A DNA stretch of 64,000 nt from Candidatus Curtissbacteria bacterium (lineage in GTDB: Bacteria; Patescibacteriota; Microgenomatia; Curtissbacterales; GWA2-41-24): NCBI GenBank assembly GCA_024654445.1, contig JANLHP010000013.1, positions 26,528 through 90,527 of the forward strand, read 5' to 3'. The notes below the pieces were generated by a model that searched no databases, was not told the DNA's origin, and saw only the letters and a list, made by a program, of their open reading frames with translations. The position numbers and the translations under genes were made by a program. Position 1 is the stretch's first letter; the number at the start of each line of letters is the position of its first letter. Shown here one piece after another: positions 56,545-64,000 of the stretch.

Positions 56545-57456
56545 TTAAGCTTCCTGACTGCTTTCTAAATCCGACACTATTTTATTGAGGTTTCCGTCTA
56601 AAATGGACTGAAGGTTTCCCCATGACTTTTTAATCCGATGGTCTGTGATGCGATCTTGGGGAAAATTGTAGGTTCTTATTTTTTCACTCCTGTCGCCACT
56701 GCCAAGCTGTAGTGCTCTCTCTGAGCTTGCACTCGCCGCCTTCTTTTCTTCTTCCATCGCAAAAAGTCTGGCTCTTAAAATTTGCATTGCAATTTCCCGG
56801 TTTTGACCCTGAACTCGTTCTGTCGAGGCTTTAACAACTAGACCAGTTGGTTTATGTTTGATCCTGACCGCGGTCGAAACCTTGTTGACGTTTTGTCCTC
56901 CATGGCCACCAGAACGGAAAGCTTCAAATTCGATGTCAGTTGGGTTGATGACAACTTCTGTCGGGCTTACTTCTGGGAGGATAGCAACGGTTGCGGTTGA
57001 CGTATGGATTCTGCCGGAGCTTTCGGTTTTAGGAACACGTTGGACCCTGTGAACTCCGGATTCCCACTTAAGTTTATCCCAAGCACCACGCCCGATAATT
57101 TTGGCTGTTACTTCTTTTAAGTTTCCAATGCCGCCTTCACTTTTATCGAGTTCTTCAATTTTCCAGTTTTGAGATTGGGCGTATCTTTGGTACATTCTGT
57201 AAAGGTCGCCTGCGAAAAGTCCTGCCTCGTCTCCGCCTGCTGCTGATCTAACTTCCAAGATTACGGAATTGCCACCAACTGGCGAGTCTTGATCCGAACT
57301 CTGATTAAGTGAGCGTTCAAGGTCTGACTTTTGTGCTTTTAGATCTGCAATTTCTTGTTTTGCTAATTCTTCCATAGACGGATCGTCCAAGAGCTTTTGG
57401 GCCTCGGCAATTTTTGCGTCTATTTCTGAGATTTGATTTTTAAGATAATCGCTCAT
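56545..57456 (-). CDS. prfA: Peptide chain release factor 1 (shortened N-domain)
   Basis: [12 protein letters not shown] (PxT), GGQNVNK and [13 protein letters not shown]. Confidence 0.96.
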   Translation of the reverse strand: MSDYLKNQISEIDAKIAEAQKLLDDPSMEELAKQEIADLKAQKSDLERSLNQSSDQDSPVGGNSVILEVRSAAGGDEAGLFAGDLYRMYQRYAQSQNWKIEELDKSEGGIGNLKEVTAKIIGRGAWDKLKWESGVHRVQRVPKTESSGRIHTSTATVAILPEVSPTEVVINPTDIEFEAFRSGGHGGQNVNKVSTAVRIKHKPTGLVVKASTERVQGQNREIAMQILRARLFAMEEEKKAASASSERALQLGSGDRSEKIRTYNFPQDRITDHRIKKSWGNLQSILDGNLNKIVSDLESSQEA

Positions 57457-57500
57457 ACTGATAGTTTAATAGAGATTATAGTTGTGGAGTAAAGGGTAAT

Positions 57501-57812
57501 CTAAGAAGAGGCTTGCTTTTTGGCAAGCTCTAACATTTCACGAAGCGATTCTGGACGTTTTTGTTCCTGTCTTTTCGCAACGATTGTTTGCTTTTGAGCT
57601 TGAACTTCTTTTGCCTTTTGTCTGGATTTTTCGAATTTTTCTACTTTACCTAATGTGTCCACGTACTTCATTTCACCCGTAAAGAATGGGTGACACTTGC
57701 TGCAAACTTCGACACGTATTTCGGGCACAGTCGCGCCCGTTGTAAACGTATTTCCGCAGACGCATGTTACTTTGGCGTCGTCGTAATATTGGGGATGTAT
57801 TCCTTGTTTCAT
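57501..57812 (-). CDS. rpmE: 50S ribosomal protein L31
   Basis: MK.GIHP.Y, C.CG and CS.CHPFFTG. Confidence 0.97.
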   Translation of the reverse strand: MKQGIHPQYYDDAKVTCVCGNTFTTGATVPEIRVEVCSKCHPFFTGEMKYVDTLGKVEKFEKSRQKAKEVQAQKQTIVAKRQEQKRPESLREMLELAKKQASS

Positions 57813-57842
57813 TGCTCGAGTATTTTAGCATTTTAGCCTTGT

Positions 57843-58742
57843 TTACTCAAGCCGCTTGTGGAGCGGGTGGTTGCGGCGTTTATGCTCTGCAAGTATTACG
57901 GCAATTGTAATCAGAAGACCCCCGACGATTAACTCACGCGTTAATTTTTCCCCGAGCAGGATTATTGCAAGGATTGCTCCTGTTATTGGGTCGATGTAAA
58001 AGAAAAATGATGCTTCTCCTGCCGGGAGTCTTTTGAGTCCTTCCATCCAGGCCCAATATGCGGCCAAAGACGCCAAGACGATTCCATATACAAGGCCAGC
58101 GAGCCCTATGGAATTAACGCTTGCGATCCAATTAGGAATTGTTACAAATTCCCAAACTACAAAGGGTACAAAAGTTAAAGCTCCAATCAAAAGGGTATAA
58201 AAAGTGACTGTTGTCCCGTCGTAAATTTTTAGAAGTTTTTTGGCTACGATGCTGTGAACAACGCCAGTTATCGATGCAAGCATCAGCAGAATATTTCCGA
58301 GCAAATGCCCAGATGAAGACCCTGCTTGAGGTTTACCAATTATGACAACTACACCTGCAAGTGCAGTAAGACTTGCGAGAATTAGTTTTGCTGTTAATTT
58401 TTCTTTGAGAAAAATGCTTGACGCGAAGAGCGTAAGAATAGGAGTTGCTGCGATTAGGAGTGCGGCATTAATCGCATAAGTAAGTTTTAGGCCGATAAAG
58501 AAAAATGCCAAATTTAATGTAACGCCAAAAAGAGCGGCAAGTATAAACATGCTCAGGTCCTGCTTTTTAAAATGAAGTGATTTTAACGCGAAAGGGAGCA
58601 TCAGAAGAGACGCTAGAAACATTCTTAAAAATGCTAGGGAGAAAACTGGTATTTGGGTAAGGGTCAACTTCATAATCGCAGGCGCTCCGCCCCAAATAAA
58701 AACGGCAATAAGAATGAGTACGTAAGGGGATTTTAATTTCAC
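57843..58742 (-). CDS. EamA/DMT family transporter
   Basis: About 10 TM, IWG, FLR, LKEK and LLGE repeats. Confidence 0.92.
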   Translation of the reverse strand: MKLKSPYVLILIAVFIWGGAPAIMKLTLTQIPVFSLAFLRMFLASLLMLPFALKSLHFKKQDLSMFILAALFGVTLNLAFFFIGLKLTYAINAALLIAATPILTLFASSIFLKEKLTAKLILASLTALAGVVVIIGKPQAGSSSGHLLGNILLMLASITGVVHSIVAKKLLKIYDGTTVTFYTLLIGALTFVPFVVWEFVTIPNWIASVNSIGLAGLVYGIVLASLAAYWAWMEGLKRLPAGEASFFFYIDPITGAILAIILLGEKLTRELIVGGLLITIAVILAEHKRRNHPLHKRLE

Positions 58743-59647
58743 TCTATACTTTCAACAAGTCGGTCTACTCCAAACGAAAAGCCGACTGCCGGAATATCTT
58801 TTTTGGCAAACATGCCAACCAAATTGTCGTATCTGCCACCAGAGCCGATGGAGAGACTTTCGATATTTTTATTTGGCTTTAACTCAAAAATAGTACCGGT
58901 GTAATAGTCCAATCCGCGGGCGAGCGAGTTATCGAAAATGTAATCATCTTCGGCTAGTTGATGTTCGACCTTGAGGGCAGAAAAAATATTTTCAAGTTCT
59001 TCCGTAGGTTTTGAATTTAGTATTTTGTTTAGGTGCTCGTCTATGTCAGTTTGCGAATAACCTTTGTCTTTTAGTTCCGCCTCGACGCCTGCGCGTTCTA
59101 TTTTGTGAATTTTATCAAGAGCTACGACAACGTCGTTGGGTACACCTTCAAAATTTTTTCTGTCGTTAATTATCATAACCGCGGTTTTTAAGCCTACTGC
59201 CTTTGTGGCTTTGATTGCTGCTGCAATTATCTTCGCGTCTTCTTTTACATCCGCTTGTCCTACAGTATCAAAATCAAATTGAGTGAACTCGCGGTATCTG
59301 CCGTGCTGTGGATTTTCTCCACGAAACACTTGACCGATTTGGTAACGCGAAAAGGTTGGTTTAAGTAGCTGCTGGTTGTTGGCAACATATCGAGCTAAGG
59401 GAACTGTGAGGTCGTAACGAAGGGCAAGGTCACGGCCGCCGCGGTCGGTAAATTTGTAAATAAGTTTTTCTTCCTCGCCGTATTTGCCAGTTAAGGTTTC
59501 TGCGAATTCAACTGTCGGAGTTTCTATTGGTACGAATCCAAACTCTTCAAGAACGTCCGCTATTTTATTTATTGTCGTACGTCTCTTTTTAGCAACGTCG
59601 GGGTCTAGGTCTCGAAAACCTTTGGGTGTAGGTGGAGCTTTTTGCAT
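58739..59647 (-). CDS. hisS: Histidine--tRNA ligase catalytic domain only
   Basis: PKGFRD, LRYDLTVP, FRGE.PQ.GRYREFTQ, RGLDYYTG, GGRYD and GFSFGVDR; stops 6 aa later. Confidence 0.88.
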   Translation of the reverse strand: MQKAPPTPKGFRDLDPDVAKKRRTTINKIADVLEEFGFVPIETPTVEFAETLTGKYGEEEKLIYKFTDRGGRDLALRYDLTVPLARYVANNQQLLKPTFSRYQIGQVFRGENPQHGRYREFTQFDFDTVGQADVKEDAKIIAAAIKATKAVGLKTAVMIINDRKNFEGVPNDVVVALDKIHKIERAGVEAELKDKGYSQTDIDEHLNKILNSKPTEELENIFSALKVEHQLAEDDYIFDNSLARGLDYYTGTIFELKPNKNIESLSIGSGGRYDNLVGMFAKKDIPAVGFSFGVDRLVESIE

Positions 59648-59676
59648 ATTCAACTTTATGATACCAGAAATTGAGC

Positions 59677-60597
59677 CTAAAGTATGTGTATGAGGGCTAC
59701 ATTGTTCTTGTCAGATGAAGTTGTGAAGAAAATAATTGCTGTTTTGTCTTTTGCAATATCCGCACTTTTGGCAGTTTGGCCACCGAGGGTGATTTTTGAA
59801 TCTTTAGTTAGCGTGAATTCTATTAATTTTCCGTCTTGATTATTTTTTAGCGAAAAAAGATTTTGGCGAACAGGAGTGAGGATAACTCCAGTTGCATATG
59901 CTTTGGTCACTTGCGGTTTATTATCCCGAATTACTTCGAATTTTTTTGCAACGATCGAATCACTTTCTGTTTCTTCGCCTACTGCAACAGCATAATCACC
60001 AACTCTTATATTTTTGACTGGTTCCTTGGATTCTTCCTCTTCGTCTTCAGCTTGTGGCATGGTAAATTCTGTTGAAGTGGAAGTTCTTACATTTTGGTCA
60101 CCTGCTTGAGTAGTTATGGTTACAAGGGAATCAAAAATAGTTTTAACGGGGCCCGCAAAAACTGAATCACCTTTAGAATCCTTTAGTACAAAAAAGGTGA
60201 GTGATGCTTTTTGACTGTTTTGATCGTCAACCTTTAGGCTGCTTGCCAAAGATAGGATATTTACGAGGTTTAAGCCGTCTTGAAGTTTTGCTTCTTTTTC
60301 AAAGTTGCCATCTTTGTCGGCAACTACCACTTCTTGAAAGTAGTTGGAGTAGATGAGCACGTAGTTGTTGGGGTTAGTTTTTCCTTTAAATGTAGCAGTT
60401 GGTGAGCTTAAGACCGTCTGATCGGAGGGAGTGACATCGAACCCTTCTTTTTTGTTTTCTATTCCTAAATTTGTTTTTACTTCGCTCTTTATTTGTTCTC
60501 GATTGGCCTTTGGTTGTCTTTGCCAGAGCCAAAAAATTCCGCCAGCAATTACTGCTAATATAATAAGGAAGGTGCTGAGTTTTGCGGTTTTTTGCAT
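59677..60597 (-). CDS. Membrane-anchored protein with Ig-like and DUF5666-like beta domains
   Basis: TM; G.T.PN, AD.DGNF...L..G.N and I.VGD...A.G. Confidence 0.65.
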   Translation of the reverse strand: MQKTAKLSTFLIILAVIAGGIFWLWQRQPKANREQIKSEVKTNLGIENKKEGFDVTPSDQTVLSSPTATFKGKTNPNNYVLIYSNYFQEVVVADKDGNFEKEAKLQDGLNLVNILSLASSLKVDDQNSQKASLTFFVLKDSKGDSVFAGPVKTIFDSLVTITTQAGDQNVRTSTSTEFTMPQAEDEEEESKEPVKNIRVGDYAVAVGEETESDSIVAKKFEVIRDNKPQVTKAYATGVILTPVRQNLFSLKNNQDGKLIEFTLTKDSKITLGGQTAKSADIAKDKTAIIFFTTSSDKNNVALIHIL

Positions 60598-60707
60598 AAG
60601 GTAAGTGGCGACAAGGAGAGACCGTGTTAGATTATCATAGATCCTAAAATATGGCAATTGGCGGTCATTGAAGTGGAATTTCTTGTGTGCTATGATTTTT
60701 ATCCAAC

Positions 60708-61367
60708 ATGGTAGACGTTTGGTTTCATGGACAGGCATGTGTAAGACTTAAGGGCAAAAATGCCACTGTCGTTTTTGACCCTTATGACAGCGAATTTACT
60801 GGACTTCCACCACTTAAGCTTGCAAGCGACATTGTTTGCATAACTCACGATCACAAAGACCACAATAATGTAGACGCAGTCGTCCCGGCAACAGACGAGC
60901 TGAAGCCTTTTGTTATTTACGGCCCCGGCGAATATGAAATACGTAGTGTAAATATCGTTGGGGTGCCAAGTTACCACGACGATAAGCAGGGTGCGGAGCG
61001 AGGTAAAAACACAATTTATCACGCAACATTGGACGAAGTTAATTTTGTACACCTTGGTGATTTAGGGCAAAAGAAATTAACACAAGAACAAGTAGAAGAA
61101 CTTTCGACTTGTGATGTTTTGTTTATTCCCGTTGGGGGCGTTTATACAATTTCCGCAAAAGATGCTCCGGATATCATTGCGCAAATCGAACCTAAGGTAG
61201 TAATCCCGATTCATTACAAGTTGCCAGGTCTAAAGTTTGACCTTGAGCCTCTCGACGCTTTTCTTCAAGCAATGGGCAAAGAGAAACAGGAACCAGCACA
61301 GAAATTTTCTATTAGCCGAGAAAAACTTCCGGAGGAACCAGAAGTCGTTATTCTCGAAAAGCAGTAG
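60708..61367 (+). CDS. MBL-fold metallo-hydrolase (UlaG-like)
   Basis: W.G.AC, DP, THDH.DH, HLGDLG, IPVGG and IPIHY. Confidence 0.92.
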   Translation: MVDVWFHGQACVRLKGKNATVVFDPYDSEFTGLPPLKLASDIVCITHDHKDHNNVDAVVPATDELKPFVIYGPGEYEIRSVNIVGVPSYHDDKQGAERGKNTIYHATLDEVNFVHLGDLGQKKLTQEQVEELSTCDVLFIPVGGVYTISAKDAPDIIAQIEPKVVIPIHYKLPGLKFDLEPLDAFLQAMGKEKQEPAQKFSISREKLPEEPEVVILEKQ

Positions 61368-61391
61368 AGCTGCCCCAATAAGATTTTGCAA

Positions 61392-62753
61392 ATGGCAACG
61401 CAAACGACAGGTCATGTACCACCTAACGATCAGGACGCCGAAAGATCAATCATCGGAGCCATTCTTCTTGATAGCGAATCTTTAACTTCAATAATCCAAA
61501 TACTAAAAGCGGAACATTTTTATAAAGAGGGTCACAGTAATATCTTCAGCGCGATAATAGATCTTTATGAAAAACGTGATCCGATTGATTTGGTAACGCT
61601 TACAGCGCAGCTTAAAAGCCGTGGGAATTTTGATAAAGTTGGAGGCACAGCGTACTTGGCGTCTCTTGCTTCTGGGGTTCCAACTGCCGCAAACATTGCC
61701 CACTACGCCAGAATAGTTCGTGATCACTACGTAAAGCGCCAGTTGATCGCAACCGCTGCAAAGATTTCTCAATCCGCCTTTGACGAAACAGGGGATATCA
61801 GGAAGATTCTGGATGACACGGAGCAAACGGTTTTCGGTTTGTCTCAGTCGCAGATGCAGCAAAATTTCATTCCTTTGAGGGATGCTCTTGCCGAAAGTTT
61901 TGACAGACTCGATGAGCTGCATAAAAAGGCAGGAGGTTTACGTGGAGTGCCGACCGGTTTTTGGGATTTGGATGGCAAACTTGCGGGAATGCAAGATTCT
62001 AACCTTTTGATACTTGCCGCAAGACCCGGTCAGGGTAAAACCTCTTTTGCTCTTAATATTGCAAGGCACGTTGCAGTAAGGGAAGGTTTGCCTGTTGGAA
62101 TATTTTCGCTGGAGATGAGTAAAGAAGAGCTTGTCGACAGGTTGCTCGTTGAACAATCGGATGTCGATGCTTGGAAGCTTAAGACGGGAAAACTGGATGA
62201 TGAGGATTTCGACAGACTGCAGGAGGCGATGGGGATTTTGGCAGACGCGCCGCTTTTTATCGATGATATGCCAGGCGCCAACATTCTGGAAATGAGGACG
62301 AAAGCAAGGAGGCTTCAAGTTGAACACGGACTTTCTTTTTTGATCGTCGATTATTTGCAGCTTGTTCATGGGCGGAATTTGGAAAATAGAGTTCAAGAGG
62401 TTTCCGAAATTACTCAGAGTTTGAAGAATTTGGCAAGAGAGCTTAAGATTCCGGTTCTTGCGTGTTCGCAGCTCTCAAGAGCAGTTGAGCAGAGAGGAAC
62501 GAGAAGACCCCAGCTTTCGGATTTGAGAGAAAGTGGCTCAATTGAACAGGAAGCGGACGTCGTGATGTTCCTGTGGAGGCCGGATCCGGATAAAAATGAA
62601 GAGGTAAAGCTTGATATTCAAAAGCACAGAAATGGTCCGACGGGGGAAATTGATTTGATGTTTAAGGCAGAACGCGTGAAGTTTTATGGTATGGAAAAAA
62701 GAAGAACTAAAGATGCTCCGGCGGAAGAAACTGGTCAAGCGGTTGGAGCTTGA
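61392..62753 (+). CDS. dnaB: Replicative DNA helicase
   Basis: PP....AE, AARPG.GKT, FSLEM, DYLQL, SQLSR, SDLRESGSIEQ.AD and K.RNGP.G. Confidence 0.98.
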   Translation: MATQTTGHVPPNDQDAERSIIGAILLDSESLTSIIQILKAEHFYKEGHSNIFSAIIDLYEKRDPIDLVTLTAQLKSRGNFDKVGGTAYLASLASGVPTAANIAHYARIVRDHYVKRQLIATAAKISQSAFDETGDIRKILDDTEQTVFGLSQSQMQQNFIPLRDALAESFDRLDELHKKAGGLRGVPTGFWDLDGKLAGMQDSNLLILAARPGQGKTSFALNIARHVAVREGLPVGIFSLEMSKEELVDRLLVEQSDVDAWKLKTGKLDDEDFDRLQEAMGILADAPLFIDDMPGANILEMRTKARRLQVEHGLSFLIVDYLQLVHGRNLENRVQEVSEITQSLKNLARELKIPVLACSQLSRAVEQRGTRRPQLSDLRESGSIEQEADVVMFLWRPDPDKNEEVKLDIQKHRNGPTGEIDLMFKAERVKFYGMEKRRTKDAPAEETGQAVGA

Positions 62754-62977
62754 GGGTCAGACCTCTCTTTGAGTTCGCGGGAGTTTTGATCTTTTTCATC
62801 CCAAATCTTAAGGATGTTTTCAGTAGGAACGTGAAGGTTCCTCATCGCATTGACCCAAAGAAAAGTAGATTCTAATCTCCCAACTAACTGCTGCTGATAC
62901 AAATTGACTCTCGTGCTTTCTTCTTCGATCCTTCGCGAGAATTCACCTTCAACGTCAAATTTTCCTGCTTCTGTCAT
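62735..62977 (-). CDS. Hypothetical protein
   Basis: 80-aa ORF downstream of the tRNA, overlapping the dnaB end. Confidence 0.4.
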   Translation of the reverse strand: MTEAGKFDVEGEFSRRIEEESTRVNLYQQQLVGRLESTFLWVNAMRNLHVPTENILKIWDEKDQNSRELKERSDPQAPTA

Positions 62978-63012
62978 ATTTTGTTATTTTTATTGTTCAA
63001 GATTTTGCTTTG

Positions 63013-63063
63013 TGCCGTGGGAGAGATAAACCGTTTTTGCTATCGCAAAAAAAGCGAACTCTC
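63013..63063 (-). pseudogene. tRNA 3' fragment (T-arm plus acceptor strand) with a 27-nt hairpin in the T-loop
   Basis: Minus strand GAGAG-TTCG-[27 nt]-AT-CTCTC-CCACGGC-A. Confidence 0.55.
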
Positions 63064-63072
63064 AATTTTGTG

Positions 63073-63156
63073 TGCCGAGAGAGGGGGTCGAACCCTCACG
63101 ATCTTGCGATCATAGGTTTTTGAGACCTACGCGTCTGCCGGTTCCGCCATCTCGGC
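63073..63156 (-). tRNA. tRNA-Leu(CAA)
   Basis: GCCGAGA acceptor stem, TGGCGGAA D-arm, CT-CAA-AA anticodon loop, long variable arm, GGTTCGAC T-loop; CCA not encoded. Confidence 0.95.
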
Positions 63157-63257
63157 TCAGAGCTAGATATTTAGCCTCGAATATTATATCATTTCCTAAA
63201 GCTCGACTAATTGTCTAACGTCAATAGACTATCGACAACTGGCGATCAACAATTAAT

Positions 63258-64000
63258 ATGACTATTCGTGACATATATGAACTTGCCGTTAAGATGGGAA
63301 TGGACGCCGACCCAAGGGGTAAAGACGGCGTAAAGTCACATCTGGCGAGAATGGAAAAGTTATACCAGGATCTACCGAAAACCAAAAAGGCAGAGTTTGA
63401 CCTCGAAACTTTAAGAAACCCATATTCCGATACAAGAATTTTGTTTGGGAGTCCTTCGGTAAACGTAGACGCCGTAATGGCGGGAATTGATGCTGGCGGA
63501 ACAGAAGTTTTGCTTACCGACCGGCTTAATCAGAAGGGGGAGGGCATTGACCTTTTGATTTCTCACCATCCAAGTGGACACGCACTGGCATCTTTGCACG
63601 AAGTTATGGACTTGCAGGTAGAAACTTTTGCTAATGCGGGTGTACCGGAAAACGTGGCGCAAGCGCTTCTTGCGGATTCAATGGGTTATATAAAAAGACG
63701 TTTTGGACCGCTCAATCATTCCCAGACTGTTGACGCCGCGCGACTTTTAGGTGTGCCCCTTTTGGCTCTTCATACCGTTTGGGACAACATGGGGGACGCT
63801 TTCATGAAGAACTATCTAGCTGATAAAAAACTGACTACAGTCGGTGACGTGATGGAGGTAATTTGTGAAATTCCGGAGTTTAAAGAAGCAATAAAAGGGA
63901 AAGCGGGTCCGAGCATTGTCTCTGGAGGTGAAAAAAGTAGAGTCGGCAAAATACTGATTACTTTAACTGGTGGCACTAACCCCCAAAAAGATCTTTATAT
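63258..64000 (+). CDS. NIF3-like protein (runs off the window)
   Basis: DPRG, NPYSDTRIL, GID, ISHHP.G and HT..DN. Confidence 0.85.
   Translation, partial: MTIRDIYELAVKMGMDADPRGKDGVKSHLARMEKLYQDLPKTKKAEFDLETLRNPYSDTRILFGSPSVNVDAVMAGIDAGGTEVLLTDRLNQKGEGIDLLISHHPSGHALASLHEVMDLQVETFANAGVPENVAQALLADSMGYIKRRFGPLNHSQTVDAARLLGVPLLALHTVWDNMGDAFMKNYLADKKLTTVGDVMEVICEIPEFKEAIKGKAGPSIVSGGEKSRVGKILITLTGGTNPQKDLY

Noticed and set aside
61392-62753. Intein in DnaB
   Set aside because: Normal length (~453 aa) with contiguous motifs.
1-64000. Alternative genetic code (TGA recoding as in Gracilibacteria/Absconditabacteria)
   Set aside because: Conserved genes are full-length under code 11, and TGA terminates dnaX, pilC and dnaB.

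Overview
This is a 64-kb chromosomal window from a small-genome bacterium. The gene content, trimmed housekeeping proteins, pilus cluster and repeat types fit Patescibacteria/CPR, probably Microgenomates; this is an inference, not a phylogenetic result. The genetic code is standard code 11. The backbone is housekeeping: proS, tig, HIT-rpsU-yqeY-ybeY-dnaX, hpf, ybaB-recR, cysS, pgl/gnd/zwf, rarA, ychF, rpsF-ssb-rpsR, ctpA, htrA, prfA-rpmE, hisS, dnaB, tRNA-Leu(CAA) and NIF3. It also carries a type IV/II pilus operon preceded by a two-component pair, and accessory patches. Main observations: (1) a ~2.5-kb patch (8450-10950) holds a gene whose 3' end looks like a diversity-generating retroelement (DGR) variable region, with no RT or template repeat found in the window, next to a Fic-HTH gene and a truncated gene; (2) a 92-bp element with terminal inverted repeats occurs twice in opposite orientation inside matching direct flanks, bracketing one gene; (3) nested palindromic repeats are inserted in frame in ychF, with smaller ones in tig, cysS and rarA; (4) there are orphan duplicate 3' ends of prfA and of a tRNA, each associated with a hairpin; (5) there is a candidate Fic toxin-antitoxin pair, a HisRS lacking its anticodon-binding domain, a stand-alone HEPN gene and several disrupted genes. 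No CRISPR array, rRNA, integrase, transposase or reverse transcriptase was seen. All family calls come from motif recognition by eye.
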